A DNA stretch of 64,000 nucleotides from Gemmatimonadota bacterium (GCA_031375485.1 JANMHX010000316.1:8186-72185); one strand, 5' to 3'; positions 45,005 to 55,766 are shown, counted from the stretch's first letter. Notes: generated by a model from the letters alone, not told the origin. Numbers and translations are program-made.

Positions 45005-45457
45005 TTAGGGGATGACGTTGTCGCCCCCTTGCTTGGTGCCGGTCCAGGACACCTTGTACCCACACCCGGGACCGCTCGCCGGCGTCGCCTGCACGGCGAT
45101 GTCAGCCGTAAATCCCCGAGTAGCGAACCGGCCGGTCATTGAGATGACGTAGGTGACGGTGCCAATGACCAGGGTTTTCGGGCCGGCTGAGAACTGCCCG
45201 CTCGTTTGGACCAGACCATCGTACTGGGTTCCGGCATGGCTCAACGCGATCGTGCTGGCGCCCGCCGTATGGGTGACCGTGGTGGGATTGTCCTGCACCG
45301 TGACGCCCGTGCACGTGTTCTGGCCCGGAACCAGCGCCACCACGGTCGGATAGGTTCCTCCCACTGAAAGCAGGCCGGACGGTCCACTGCCGCTCGAACA
45401 CCCGATGATGGCGGCAGCCAGGGCCACGGCCCCGAGCGTCGGAAGAGCAGTCGTCAT
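45005..45457 (-). CDS. Hypothetical lipoprotein
   Basis: AIIGC lipobox; beta-rich Thr/Gly-rich body. Confidence 0.7.
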   Translation of the reverse strand: MTTALPTLGAVALAAAIIGCSSGSGPSGLLSVGGTYPTVVALVPGQNTCTGVTVQDNPTTVTHTAGASTIALSHAGTQYDGLVQTSGQFSAGPKTLVIGTVTYVISMTGRFATRGFTADIAVQATPASGPGCGYKVSWTGTKQGGDNVIP

Positions 45458-45635
45458 GGGAACTCCGCGGGGTTACGAGAAAATGAAGACCTTGGCCTGA
45501 ATACTCACCCCACCCGGCCCGACTGGATGTCCGAAGGCTGTCAGAATTTGCCGCCGAGGGGTTTGCGTATTGCGCGGGGCGCCCCCTCCGGGATTGTATT
45601 GGTCGAGTGTCATACCCCACAGGATTTCCGCGCCG

Positions 45636-47276
45636 ATGAGTCGCTGGCCCCGTCACCGAGATCGCTGGGAGTGGGCGATCCTCGGCGGCACGGCCTTCGC
45701 CGTCGCCGCCATCGTCTTGGTGGCGGTCAGTGCCATTCGGAGCCGGCAACAGGCCCACCGGGCCGCCGTGGCCAGCCTGACGAACTATCTGGCCGTCGCC
45801 TTGGACCGATACGCGAACGGCATCGAGACCCTGATGCGGAGCAACATTTTTCCGATCATGCCACCGCCGGATTACCTGAGCACTCCCGCCGAGCGCGATC
45901 CGTTGCCGATCAGAGACATGGTGGAGATGGTCGACCGGCTCCAACGCGACCCCTGCCGATGCCAGGTGGCACCCGGCCAAAGCAGCTTCTTCCGATTGGG
46001 CCTCACCACCGGTGAGGACGCCGCCGCCGACAGCGTCGGCCACCCGCTCGCCGTGGACCCGTTGATCGCCAAGGCGATTCGATCGCAGGCCGACAGTGTC
46101 CGCACCATCGGGTACCGCTACGGCTACCTCGCGGCGGCCACGGGTCAGGGAGAGCAGTTCCTGTTCTTTTCCGAGCGAACCGACTCCTTGTCCGGACACC
46201 GCTTCGCCTACGGGATGGCGGTGCCCGCCGACCGGATCGGCCACTGGGTTTTTGCCGAGACCTTCGCCGGCACCCGGCTGGTACCCCGGTACCTCCTCGA
46301 CTCGATCCCCAGAAATGCCGACTTCCTGTCGCTCGAGGCCGCCACCCGGTCCGGACGGGTCATCTACACGAGCGGTCCGGCATACGACGACGGTCCGAGC
46401 GACGCCCTGGTCCTTCCGACCCTTCGCGGGGGCGTCGTGATCAGGGCTCGTTTGAACCCCCGGCTCAAGGGTCTGCTGATTCCCGGCGGGGTCCCCTCGC
46501 GGCTCCCGATTCGGGAACTTGGGCTCATGGCGCTCGCGTTGACCCTCTGGATCATGATCGCCGTCCTCGCCCTCAGGGCCGCCGATCTGGCCCGGCTCCG
46601 GACCGATTTTGCATCCAGCGTCACCCACGAACTGCGGACGCCACTCACCCAGATCCGCCTGGCCGCCGAAACCCTTCTCCTCGGACGGACCCGTGACCGG
46701 GAGAGTGAGCGGCGAGCCCTGACCAGTATCGTCGACGAAACCGGGCGCCTGCAACAGCTGATCGACAACGTCCTCCATTTCAGCCGGGCGGAGCGTCGGT
46801 TGACGAAAGTGGTCACCCAACGGCTCGAGCTCCGACCACTCGTCGAGGGGATTGGGGCAGCCTTTGCTCCCTTGATTGCCGACCACCGTATGACGATCCG
46901 GCCTACCATCCCGGACGGTCTCTTCGTCGAAGCGGACCCCGACCTGATCCGCCAGATCCTGCTCAACCTTCTCGACAACGCCGCCCGCTACGGTCCCGAC
47001 GACCAAACCATCGCCATCAGCGCGGAGATCGTCGGCCCGAACATCGAAATCACCGTCGATGACGAAGGACCCGGCATTCCTCCCGCCGACCGGGAGCGGG
47101 TCTGGCGGCCCTTCGTTCGTCTCGAGCAATCCGGCGGACCGGTCACGGGAACCGGCTTGGGTCTCGCGGTGGCCCGGGAATTAGTCGAGGCCCAGGGAGG
47201 ACGGTGTCGAATCGAGGGCCGCGGCGGTCCCGGGGCGAGCGTAATCGTGTCACTCCCGATCGGAGCACCCGCGTGA
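45636..47276 (+). CDS. Sensor histidine kinase (periplasmic sensor, HisKA, HATPase)
   Basis: VTHELRTPL, NLLDNAARY, DEGPGI, GTGLGLAV; two TM segments. Confidence 0.9.
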   Translation: MSRWPRHRDRWEWAILGGTAFAVAAIVLVAVSAIRSRQQAHRAAVASLTNYLAVALDRYANGIETLMRSNIFPIMPPPDYLSTPAERDPLPIRDMVEMVDRLQRDPCRCQVAPGQSSFFRLGLTTGEDAAADSVGHPLAVDPLIAKAIRSQADSVRTIGYRYGYLAAATGQGEQFLFFSERTDSLSGHRFAYGMAVPADRIGHWVFAETFAGTRLVPRYLLDSIPRNADFLSLEAATRSGRVIYTSGPAYDDGPSDALVLPTLRGGVVIRARLNPRLKGLLIPGGVPSRLPIRELGLMALALTLWIMIAVLALRAADLARLRTDFASSVTHELRTPLTQIRLAAETLLLGRTRDRESERRALTSIVDETGRLQQLIDNVLHFSRAERRLTKVVTQRLELRPLVEGIGAAFAPLIADHRMTIRPTIPDGLFVEADPDLIRQILLNLLDNAARYGPDDQTIAISAEIVGPNIEITVDDEGPGIPPADRERVWRPFVRLEQSGGPVTGTGLGLAVARELVEAQGGRCRIEGRGGPGASVIVSLPIGAPA

Positions 47277-47974
47277 TCCGGGTCTTGCTCGTTGAGGACC
47301 ACCACGCCATCGCGGCCGGCCTCAGGGACAATCTCGAAATCGAGGGATACGACGTCCGGATTGCGTCCGACGGCGTGGCCGGGATTCAGCTGGCGGAGGG
47401 GTGGAGACCACACTTGGTTGTGCTCGACCTGATGCTGCCAAAACGGGACGGATTCGAAGTGTTGGCCGCCATTCGAGCGCGCGGTGCCGAAATGCCCGTC
47501 ATGGTGCTCTCGGCCAGAGGCAGCGAATCCGAGAAAGTCCGGGCGCTCAAGGCGGGGGCCGATGACTACGTCGTCAAGCCGTTCGGCCTGCTCGAGGTCC
47601 TGGCCCGGGTTCAGGCCTTGCTCCGCCGGCCCGCCGGTAGCGTCCCCGGTGACGACCGGCCGGAGCAATACCAATGCGACGGCATCGTGGTCGATGTCGC
47701 CACCCGAACGGTCCTTCGGGACGGGACCGCCGTGTCCCTCCGTCCGAAGGAAATCGACTTGCTCATCGCCCTTTGCCGGGCCCGCGGCGCCGTGGTGTCT
47801 CGCGGCGACCTGCTCAACCGGGTCTGGGGCTATGACCCCGCGGTCGTCACGCGAACCGTCGACACGCACGTCGCCGCCCTGCGGCAACGTCTGGAACCCG
47901 ATCCAGACAACCCGAGACTGATCCTGACCGTCTGGAAAGCCGGGTATCGGGTTCCAATTCAGCCACTTACATGA
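47273..47974 (+). CDS. OmpR/PhoB family response regulator
   Basis: VLLVEDH, VLDLMLP, GADDYVVKPF, RTVDTHVAALRQRLE; GTGA overlap with the kinase stop. Confidence 0.93.
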   Translation: MIRVLLVEDHHAIAAGLRDNLEIEGYDVRIASDGVAGIQLAEGWRPHLVVLDLMLPKRDGFEVLAAIRARGAEMPVMVLSARGSESEKVRALKAGADDYVVKPFGLLEVLARVQALLRRPAGSVPGDDRPEQYQCDGIVVDVATRTVLRDGTAVSLRPKEIDLLIALCRARGAVVSRGDLLNRVWGYDPAVVTRTVDTHVAALRQRLEPDPDNPRLILTVWKAGYRVPIQPLT

Positions 47975-47985
47975 GGGGGTCCGCC

Positions 47986-48828
47986 ATGTTGATCCGAGTG
48001 AGCCTGGGGATCGCCGCCGTCGTGGCGTGCGGCCAGTTCGAAGTGGTTCAGTCGGGCCCGGAACCGGTTCGGTTCCTGAGCGAAGGGGTTTCCCTGGCCG
48101 GTGAAATTGCCTTCCCGCCCGGCGCCGGGCCGTTTCCCGCCGTGGTCTTGGTTCACGGATCAGGTCCCGTCACCCGTGAGGGAAACCGCCCCCTGGTCGC
48201 CCCGTTCTTGACGCGGGGTATTGCGGTCCTCTCGTACGACAAGCGAGGCAACGGCGAGTCCGGCGGCCTCTATCGCGGGGTCGGCCCGCTCAACAGCGAC
48301 AGCATGATTCGGCTGCTGGCGGATGACGCGGTGGCCGCCCTCGAACTCCTGGCAAAGCACGAGCGGATCGACCGGACCAAACTCGGACTCGCGGGGGGCA
48401 GTCAGGCGGGATGGATCATCCCGAACGCCGCCGCCCGGTTTCCGGTCCGGTTTGCGGTGATGCTCTCCGGGCCGTTAGTGTCCGTTGGCGAGGAGATCCA
48501 CTATAGCCTGGCCTTTGAGAACAGCACCCTGCCCCTCGAGCTGGCCGACAGCGTGTTGGCGGCGTTTGCCGGACCCCGGGGCTACAGCCCGATGGCCGAT
48601 ATCGTCGCGATGAAGGGTGAGGCCTACTGGGTACTCGGCGGGCTCGATCGAAGTATTCCGGCGGTCCGATCCGCCCAGCTGGCCGATAGTTTGATTCGCA
48701 CCCTGGGACGGACTCGGTGGCGGTTACGGCTCCTGCCGAGCGGCGATCACTCGCTCTTCGGCCCCGATGGCCGCTCGCTCGACGTGTTCCCCCCGATCCA
48801 GGCGTGGCTGGATCAGGTCCTTCGTTAG
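47986..48828 (+). CDS. Exported alpha/beta hydrolase (probable lipoprotein)
   Basis: VVAC lipobox, VLVHGSG, YDKRGNGES, GGSQAGW, GDHS. Confidence 0.85.
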   Translation: MLIRVSLGIAAVVACGQFEVVQSGPEPVRFLSEGVSLAGEIAFPPGAGPFPAVVLVHGSGPVTREGNRPLVAPFLTRGIAVLSYDKRGNGESGGLYRGVGPLNSDSMIRLLADDAVAALELLAKHERIDRTKLGLAGGSQAGWIIPNAAARFPVRFAVMLSGPLVSVGEEIHYSLAFENSTLPLELADSVLAAFAGPRGYSPMADIVAMKGEAYWVLGGLDRSIPAVRSAQLADSLIRTLGRTRWRLRLLPSGDHSLFGPDGRSLDVFPPIQAWLDQVLR

Positions 48829-49433
48829 GCGGCCGCGACCGCCTGCTCGACCACCCGGCCCGGCAAGGCCACCGCGTTGACCAAGCCGGCCGAGAGGGCC
48901 TCCGAGGCCGGGATCTTTCGCGCCGTCAGGAGCCATTCCGCTGCCCGGCCCAACCCCACGATCCGGGGCAGGAAGTGGAAGGTGCCGTTGGTTTCGAGCA
49001 TCCCGCGCCGGGCCTCCGGGAAATAGAAATACGCCTCCGGCGCGGCAATTCTGACCCGGCACGCCAACGGAAGCTCGGCGCCCAGGCCAACCGCCGGCCC
49101 ATTGATGGCCGCTACCACCGGTTTCGGAAACACCAGGATCTTCCGGGTCAAATGCTGCAGACGAGTCAAGTCGGCTCGGGCCGCTCGCACCGTAAATCCC
49201 CGGCCGGCGCTACCGTCCATCTCTTCGAGATCTTCGCCGGCGCAGAACCCCCGCCCCCGGCCGGTGAGCACCACCGCGCGGACCCCGTCGTCGTGAGCCA
49301 GGCTGTCGAGCGCGGCGTGCAACATCGTGAACGTCGCGAGGCGGAACGCGTTCAAGCGCTCCGCCCGTTCAAACCAGATGATCGCCACGTCGGCTCGACG
49401 CTCGATCGTCAGGTCCTCCCACGTGGTACCCAT
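48825..49433 (-). CDS. Enoyl-CoA hydratase/isomerase family protein, apparently lacking the C-terminal helical region
   Basis: FCAGEDL, AAINGPAVGLG, FPEARRG, EALSAGLV; stops after 202 aa. Confidence 0.8.
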   Translation of the reverse strand: MGTTWEDLTIERRADVAIIWFERAERLNAFRLATFTMLHAALDSLAHDDGVRAVVLTGRGRGFCAGEDLEEMDGSAGRGFTVRAARADLTRLQHLTRKILVFPKPVVAAINGPAVGLGAELPLACRVRIAAPEAYFYFPEARRGMLETNGTFHFLPRIVGLGRAAEWLLTARKIPASEALSAGLVNAVALPGRVVEQAVAAA

Positions 49434-49447
49434 CACTGGGTCACCGG

Positions 49448-51442
49448 CTAGGGCACCATCGGCTTGACATACTTTTCCCACCAACCCAGGAACCGATTCA
49501 TGATCTCGATCCGCTGGCTTGGCGCACTCGGCCCGTGGAACATTCCGGGAAACACCACCAGCTTGGTGTCGATCCCGTTGGTCTTCAAGGCCTGATACAT
49601 CTGCTCCGACCCGATGATCGGGACGTTGAAGTCTTTCTCGCCCCCCATGAACATCGTCGGCGTCTTGATTCGGTCGGCCTTGAAAAATGGATAGGATACC
49701 TTCATCCACGCCTCAGGGTTTTTCCACGGCGTCCCGAGCTCTTGCTCATACTGATAGATGTACTGATCGCTGCCATACATCGAGAGTTGCAGCGCGCTCC
49801 CGGCCCCGCTCACGCCGGCCTTGAAGCGGGTGTCCGAGGCAATCGTGTAGTCGGTCAAGATTCCACCGTAGCTCCAGCCACCGAGCACCAGCCGCTCGGG
49901 GTCGGCGATCCCCCTGGCAATGACGTCGTCGACCGCGCCGAGGAGATCCATGACTTCCTTGTTCCCCCAGTCGGCAAAGATCGCCCGGCTGAAGGCTTCG
50001 CCCCGACCGGAACTGCCCCGGTAGTTGGGCGCGAGGACGGCGTAACCCTTGGCCGCGAACACCCGGCGCATCAGATCGAAGTCATAGCCGTCCTGGCCGA
50101 AGGGACCGCCGTGAATGTGGAGCGCGAGTGGGAGCTTCTGCCCGGACCGGTAGTCCGGCGGCAGATACAGCATGCTGCCGACCACCGTACCATCCTTGCT
50201 CTTCGATTCGATCCCCCGAGCTTCGCCGAGATCGATCGTGGCCATCAAGGAATCGTTGTGTTTGGAAAGCCGGCGAAACGTCCCGTTCTCGAAGGCGGAC
50301 ACCTCGTAGGGTTCTGTGGGAGTGGTGTAAGTCACCGCTACCTTCCCCCCAACCACTGAGAGGGACCCCACCCCATTGGCACCCTTGCTGAGGCGCTCAA
50401 TGGCCCCGGTGGCGACGTTGATGCGGGCCAAGGGCCCCGTGCGGTCGTCATCATAGGTGAAGTAGATGAACCGCCCATCCGTCGACCACGCCGGGCTGCT
50501 GGCGTTTCGATCGAGCGTTTCGGTCAGAACCCGCGCCTCGCCGCCACCGGCCGGAATGATCGCAACCCGGGGATTGCCATAGGCCCAGTACTTCGGGTCT
50601 CCACCCCGGAGATAGACGATCCATTTGCCGTCGGGACTGTAGCTTCCGCCACCTCGGCTACCGTCGTTGCCGATGAACGTGGTCAACTGCTTCGGTTCGG
50701 CCCCGATTCGTGCCTCGATGGCGTAGAGGTCCGAGTTGTCGTTCCGGTCGCTCCCGGGAGCCCGCTTGCTGGAAAAGACGATTTCCCGGCCGTTCGGCGA
50801 CCAGCCCGGTTGGGCGTCGTCAAAATCGCCCCGGGTGAGTTGCTCGGTTTTTCTGGTGGCGAGGTCGAACAAGTAGAGATGGTTGCGCCGGGGTCCGACA
50901 TACCCGACGTAGTCCCGCTTGAAGTCCCACCGGTCGATCTCGATCGGCTTCGGCACTTTCTTCTCGGCCGACTTCGCGGTGTCGGGGTCGGGGTCCTGGA
51001 TGACGAACACCAGCCGCTTCCCGTCCGGGGACCATTCATAGTCGTCGATTCCGCTCTTCTGATCGGTCACTTTCACCGCTTCGCCGCCGAGCCGGTCGAG
51101 CAGCCAGAGCTGGGCGCCCTTGTCGCTGTCGCCCCGGCCGCTCAAGAAACTGAGGTATCGGTTGTCCAGGCTCCACTTCGGATTCGACTCACCGTCGGGC
51201 GATGACGTCAGTTGCACCGTCCGGGTTCCATCCCAACTGACCATGTACACATCCACATTGCGTTTGTCCTTGGCCGAGTCGGCCGTCGACACCGTATAGG
51301 CTACCCACTGCCCATCGGGTGACACCACCGGGGCGCCAACGTCCTTGATGCGGTAGAGGTCGCCCTGCACCAACCGCCGCTTGGCCGGGGCTTGGGCCAT
51401 CACGATGGCCGGCACGAACACCAACAGGGAAACGAGTCTCAT
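49448..51442 (-). CDS. S9 family peptidase (acylaminoacyl/dipeptidyl peptidase)
   Basis: Signal peptide, PD40/beta-propeller repeats, IHGGP, NYRGSSG, GWSYGG, GEKDFNV, FHG triad. Confidence 0.92.
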   Translation of the reverse strand: MRLVSLLVFVPAIVMAQAPAKRRLVQGDLYRIKDVGAPVVSPDGQWVAYTVSTADSAKDKRNVDVYMVSWDGTRTVQLTSSPDGESNPKWSLDNRYLSFLSGRGDSDKGAQLWLLDRLGGEAVKVTDQKSGIDDYEWSPDGKRLVFVIQDPDPDTAKSAEKKVPKPIEIDRWDFKRDYVGYVGPRRNHLYLFDLATRKTEQLTRGDFDDAQPGWSPNGREIVFSSKRAPGSDRNDNSDLYAIEARIGAEPKQLTTFIGNDGSRGGGSYSPDGKWIVYLRGGDPKYWAYGNPRVAIIPAGGGEARVLTETLDRNASSPAWSTDGRFIYFTYDDDRTGPLARINVATGAIERLSKGANGVGSLSVVGGKVAVTYTTPTEPYEVSAFENGTFRRLSKHNDSLMATIDLGEARGIESKSKDGTVVGSMLYLPPDYRSGQKLPLALHIHGGPFGQDGYDFDLMRRVFAAKGYAVLAPNYRGSSGRGEAFSRAIFADWGNKEVMDLLGAVDDVIARGIADPERLVLGGWSYGGILTDYTIASDTRFKAGVSGAGSALQLSMYGSDQYIYQYEQELGTPWKNPEAWMKVSYPFFKADRIKTPTMFMGGEKDFNVPIIGSEQMYQALKTNGIDTKLVVFPGMFHGPSAPSQRIEIMNRFLGWWEKYVKPMVP

Positions 51443-52581
51443 ATGCGATTGGCCTTGAGTTCGCGGAGGGAGTAAAACGTCCCCCGCCATTGAATGCCGC
51501 CGGTCGCCAAGTTGACGACCATGGTCCGCCACAGAATGTACACGAAGAGAAGTACCACCACCGGATAAATCAGCGCCACACTGGCCCGGACGTCGATCGA
51601 GCGGGCCAGCTTGATGAAGATGGCGAGGCTCAAGGCCACCTGAATCCCGAGCAGGAGTTGGGTCGGTCCGCTCGTGAAGAAGAGCGCCACCACTGGGACC
51701 ACCCCCGCCGCCAGCTGGACCAGCCCGCCGATCAACGACAACAGGATACTGTACTCGACCCCGGCAAACATGTTCTTCTCGAACGCCGGTATCATCTCGC
51801 GAAGCGAATGATACCATTCCACACTGATGAGGCCCTGACCGCTCAAGGCGTCTTGCCGGAAACCGGCTCGCTTGAGAATTTTGCCCAACTTGAGATCATC
51901 GTCGGGACGAAGCCGGATCGGCCGATGGCCCTCCACGGCTCGGTAGGCTTGGCGGCGAACCAGGTTGAACGCTCCGACCCCGACATGGAACCAACTCTTC
52001 GGGTCTCGCGCCTTCCACGGCTTGGCAAACAGAAGGAACGACCACAGGAAGAACACCCCGAACCCCTCGAGCAGCAGGCCCGGGAGAATCAGGTTCGGCG
52101 CGATGGCGAGATGATCGACACCCCGTTCCTCGGCAAATCGGATGGCCCGGCCCAGCGCGGTCGGCTCCAGGTGAATATCGGCATCGGTGAAGAGAATCCA
52201 CTCGCCCGACGACCGGTCCGCTCCGACTTGGAGGGCGTGATTCTTCCCGAGCCAACCTGGAGGGAGATCGTGGATGTGGACGACCCGGACCCGGGAGTCC
52301 TCCGCCGCCAGCCGGTCCAGAATCGATCCGGTCCGGTCGGTGGATCGGTCGTCCACCACAACGAGTTCGAGGTCGGGATAGTCCAGCGTCAGCATCGAAC
52401 GCAGCGCCGTTTCGATGTTTCGCTCTTCGTCCCGGGCCGCCACGACGATCGAGACCTTCGGGGCCGGGCCGGCGACCCGGCATGGCAGGTTGCGAAGCCG
52501 CTCGATCCGGGAGTTGCCGATCACGGCCTCGAGCGTGATCAACCCGCTCAACACCAAGATGACGACGGCGAACCAGAACAT
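51439..52581 (-). CDS. Membrane GT2 glycosyltransferase (HpnB/CrtQ/CruC-CruG-like)
   Basis: VAARDEE, VVDDRSTD, PGWLGKNHAL, FTDAD, DDLKLG; N- and C-terminal TM. Confidence 0.85.
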   Translation of the reverse strand: MFWFAVVILVLSGLITLEAVIGNSRIERLRNLPCRVAGPAPKVSIVVAARDEERNIETALRSMLTLDYPDLELVVVDDRSTDRTGSILDRLAAEDSRVRVVHIHDLPPGWLGKNHALQVGADRSSGEWILFTDADIHLEPTALGRAIRFAEERGVDHLAIAPNLILPGLLLEGFGVFFLWSFLLFAKPWKARDPKSWFHVGVGAFNLVRRQAYRAVEGHRPIRLRPDDDLKLGKILKRAGFRQDALSGQGLISVEWYHSLREMIPAFEKNMFAGVEYSILLSLIGGLVQLAAGVVPVVALFFTSGPTQLLLGIQVALSLAIFIKLARSIDVRASVALIYPVVVLLFVYILWRTMVVNLATGGIQWRGTFYSLRELKANRI

Positions 52582-53957
52582 CAGTCCTCGAAGATCTTTC
52601 CGGGGTTCATCAGCCCATCGGGGTCGAGCGCCTGTTTGATTTGCCGCATCACGGCGACACCCGCGCCCTGCTCCTTCACGAGCGACCCCCGCTTGCCCAT
52701 CCCGATCCCGTGCTCGCCGGTGCAGGTGCCACCCATGGCAATGGCCCGCGCCACCATCCGGTCGTTGAGCCGATGGGCCTCGACGGCCTCGGCCGGGTTG
52801 GCCGGGTCGATCAAATAGCCCACGTGGAAATTGCCGTCGCCGACATGCCCGAGAATCGCACCTAGCATCGGGGAGCCCTCGGCATCCTTCTTGGTTTCGA
52901 GAATACACTCGGCCAGTCGGGAAATCGGCACGCACACGTCGGTAATCAATGGCCGGGTCCCGGGCCGCATCGCCAGACCGGCGAAGTAGGCCTCGTGGCG
53001 GGCCTTCCAGAGCTTGGCGCGAGACGCCTCGTCGGTGGCCCATTGAAAATCAGAGCCCCCGTTCTGCGCCACGATCTCCCGCACGGTTTCGGCATCCTCC
53101 GCCACGGTCCGGTCCGACCCGCCGTGAAACTCGAAGAACAACGTTGGCACCGCTTGATAGGAGAGGCCGGAGTACTTGGCCACCGCGGCCATGTACGCCT
53201 CATCGAGGAGTTCGACTCTGGCCACCGGGATCCCGAGTTGAATGATCGAGATCACGCTGTTGACGGCCCCGGCCAGATCGGCGAACGGACACACCGCGGC
53301 GGCGATGGCGGCGGGAATCCCGTGCAACCGGAGCGTCACCTCGGTGATGATCCCGAGCGTCCCTTCGGCCCCCACGAAGAGCCGGGTCAGGTCGTATCCA
53401 GCCGAGGACTTCCGAGCCCGCCCGCCGGTCCGGATGATTCGCCCGTCCGCCAACACCACCGTCAGACCGAGGACATTCTCCCGCATCGTCCCGTATCGGA
53501 CGGCCGTCGTACCGGAGGCCCGAGTCGACGCCATCCCCCCGAGCGTGGCGTCCGCACCAGGATCGATGTAGAAGGCGAGGCCGGTCCCTTTGAGTTCCTC
53601 GTTGAGCTGCTTCCGGGTCACCCCGGCCTCCACCGTCACGTCGAGGTCCTCGACGGACAGGCGAACCAGCTTGTTCATCTGGGACAGGTCGACCGTGATC
53701 CCGCCCCGCACGGCCGAGACGTGCCCCTCGAGAGAGGTTCCGGCGCCCCACGGGACCATGGGAACTCGATGACGGCTGCACGCCGCCGCGATCCGGCTGA
53801 CCTCGTCCGTAGTTTCCGGAAACACGACTCCATCCGGCGGGTAGACGCCAGGATAGGCTTCGCCCTGTCCGTGATGCTCCCGAATGGCGGGCGCCACGGT
53901 GAAGCGGTCGTGGAGCAGCTCGGTCAGTTCATTCAGCAGTGCGGCCGGGAGTTGCAT
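52581..53957 (-). CDS. FAD-binding oxidase, D-lactate dehydrogenase/GlcD family
   Basis: PWGAGTSLEGH, DPGADATLGGM, GAEGTLG, GHVGDGNFH, TGEHGIG. Confidence 0.9.
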   Translation of the reverse strand: MQLPAALLNELTELLHDRFTVAPAIREHHGQGEAYPGVYPPDGVVFPETTDEVSRIAAACSRHRVPMVPWGAGTSLEGHVSAVRGGITVDLSQMNKLVRLSVEDLDVTVEAGVTRKQLNEELKGTGLAFYIDPGADATLGGMASTRASGTTAVRYGTMRENVLGLTVVLADGRIIRTGGRARKSSAGYDLTRLFVGAEGTLGIITEVTLRLHGIPAAIAAAVCPFADLAGAVNSVISIIQLGIPVARVELLDEAYMAAVAKYSGLSYQAVPTLFFEFHGGSDRTVAEDAETVREIVAQNGGSDFQWATDEASRAKLWKARHEAYFAGLAMRPGTRPLITDVCVPISRLAECILETKKDAEGSPMLGAILGHVGDGNFHVGYLIDPANPAEAVEAHRLNDRMVARAIAMGGTCTGEHGIGMGKRGSLVKEQGAGVAVMRQIKQALDPDGLMNPGKIFED

Positions 53958-55766
53958 TCAGGGCTCCACCACCGACACTTCGATGTGGGACGGATATCGA
54001 GCCGACCGGAATACTCGCTGCGTCGCCGATTGATAGTCGCCGTCTTTCGCCTCGAAGATGTTCGGGACGAACCGCTGGGGATTCCGGTCGATCAGCGGAA
54101 ACCACGTGCTCTGGACTTGGACCATGATCCGGTGACCCGCCAAAAAAGTGTAGTCGGCCGCATGGAGATCGATCGGGTACTGGTTGATCTGGTTCGCCAC
54201 GAGCGGCGCCGGCTTCTCGAAACTCTTCAGGAATCGACCCCGGACCACGTCGCCGACGACCATCAACTGATACCCGCCCATCTTCGGGTTGGCGGGGTAC
54301 TCCTCCGGGTAGACGTCGATCAACTTGACGATCCAGTCCGCATCGGTTCCCGTGGTCGAAGCAAAGAGCTTCGCCGCGATCTTTCCGGAAATCGTGACAT
54401 CCCGATCGAGTGGTGCCGTTTCGAAACTCAGCACATCGGGGCGCAGATGGCTGTGGCGTTGGTCGTCGACCTGCCATAACGGCCACGTTGACGGAGGAGC
54501 GTTGCCGTAGAGCGGGACGATCGGCCGGGCCCGATACGGGACCGGGCGCGCCGGATCGGACACATAGCTGTCGACCCCGGCAGGGGCCGTGGGGGCGGTC
54601 CAACTCAACGAGCCGTTGGGTCCGAGGAACAGCCGCCGCTTGGCGACGCCGGTCTTCGGTGGCCAGGACGCGTGCCGCTGCCAGCGATTGGTGCCCGGGC
54701 GGAACGTCAACGCCTCCGGCAAGTCGAGCGTGCCCTGGTCCTTGAGCCAGTAGGCGAACCATGGGGCCTCGACCGAATCCCGAAAGAACGCACTGGTTTT
54801 CGACCCGAAGGTGATCGGCCCGAGCGATTCGCCGTCGGTCGAGCTGCCGGCCCACCCGCCGTGATTCCACGGACCGACCACCAAGTAGTTCAGGCCCTTG
54901 GTGTCGAGAGACTCCATTTTGTCATAGATCGTGAGGGGGCCGAAGAAGTCTTCCTGATCCCACCACCCAGCCACCGTGAGAGTCGGAACCGTCACCTTGG
55001 TAATGTGACGAGTCACCTTGCGAGACTTCCAGTAGTCGTCGAAGGTGGCATGGGCGGCAAAATCGGTCCAAGCCGGTTTGTTCCGGTGGAAGTACTTGGC
55101 GTCGACGTTGCCCAAGCCGCCGAGACGGAGGAACCACTCAAAGGTATCGAGCCGATCGAAGGCAAACGGGGTAAACCGTTGTCCGTCCACCGCCGCGACA
55201 TATTCAAATCCGTAACTCAGCCGGAAGGCACCGTTGTGGCTGAAGTCGTCGCCCAGAAACATGTCGTCGGGGGAGGCCTGGGGCGACGCCGCCTTCAGGG
55301 CTGGATGCGGATCGAGCAAGGCCATCATCGTCGTCCACCCGTCGTACGAGATCCCGTGCATGCCCACTCGCCCGTTGTTGTTCGGCAAGTGTTTGACCAG
55401 CCAGTCGATCGTATCGTAGGCGTCGGTCGTCTCGTCAATGCCCGCGGCATCACCCGGCTTCCGGGTCGGACGAATCATCACGAAGGTGCCCTCGGATCCG
55501 TACTTGCCCCGAAGGTCCTGACAGACGATCAAGTACCCGTCACCGACCATCCTCGGATAGGTCTGGAGTTCGCCGCGACAGGTCGACTCGGCGTCGTAGG
55601 GCGTCCGGACCAGGACGATCGGAAGCGGGGCCGTCGCCGCTTTGGGCCGCCAGACCACCGTATTGAGCTTGACGCCGTCTCGCATCGGAATCGCCGCGAC
55701 GGTCCGGTCATAGTCGGCCGGCCCGGTCTGAAAGGCCAGCAGGGCAACAACAATCGGATAGATCAT
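53958..55766 (-). CDS. CocE/NonD family hydrolase, alpha-amino acid ester hydrolase-like (paralog A)
   Basis: VRTPY, QDLRGKYGSEG, GISYDGW, GDDFSHNGAFR, WWDQED, GPWNHG. Confidence 0.9.
   Translation of the reverse strand: MIYPIVVALLAFQTGPADYDRTVAAIPMRDGVKLNTVVWRPKAATAPLPIVLVRTPYDAESTCRGELQTYPRMVGDGYLIVCQDLRGKYGSEGTFVMIRPTRKPGDAAGIDETTDAYDTIDWLVKHLPNNNGRVGMHGISYDGWTTMMALLDPHPALKAASPQASPDDMFLGDDFSHNGAFRLSYGFEYVAAVDGQRFTPFAFDRLDTFEWFLRLGGLGNVDAKYFHRNKPAWTDFAAHATFDDYWKSRKVTRHITKVTVPTLTVAGWWDQEDFFGPLTIYDKMESLDTKGLNYLVVGPWNHGGWAGSSTDGESLGPITFGSKTSAFFRDSVEAPWFAYWLKDQGTLDLPEALTFRPGTNRWQRHASWPPKTGVAKRRLFLGPNGSLSWTAPTAPAGVDSYVSDPARPVPYRARPIVPLYGNAPPSTWPLWQVDDQRHSHLRPDVLSFETAPLDRDVTISGKIAAKLFASTTGTDADWIVKLIDVYPEEYPANPKMGGYQLMVVGDVVRGRFLKSFEKPAPLVANQINQYPIDLHAADYTFLAGHRIMVQVQSTWFPLIDRNPQRFVPNIFEAKDGDYQSATQRVFRSARYPSHIEVSVVEP

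Noticed and set aside
48724-48824. Possible frameshifted crotonase C-terminus (TKDLIQ...) in the next frame
   Set aside because: It is the antisense of the hydrolase C-terminus (WLDQVLR), and the spacing to the crotonase body is wrong
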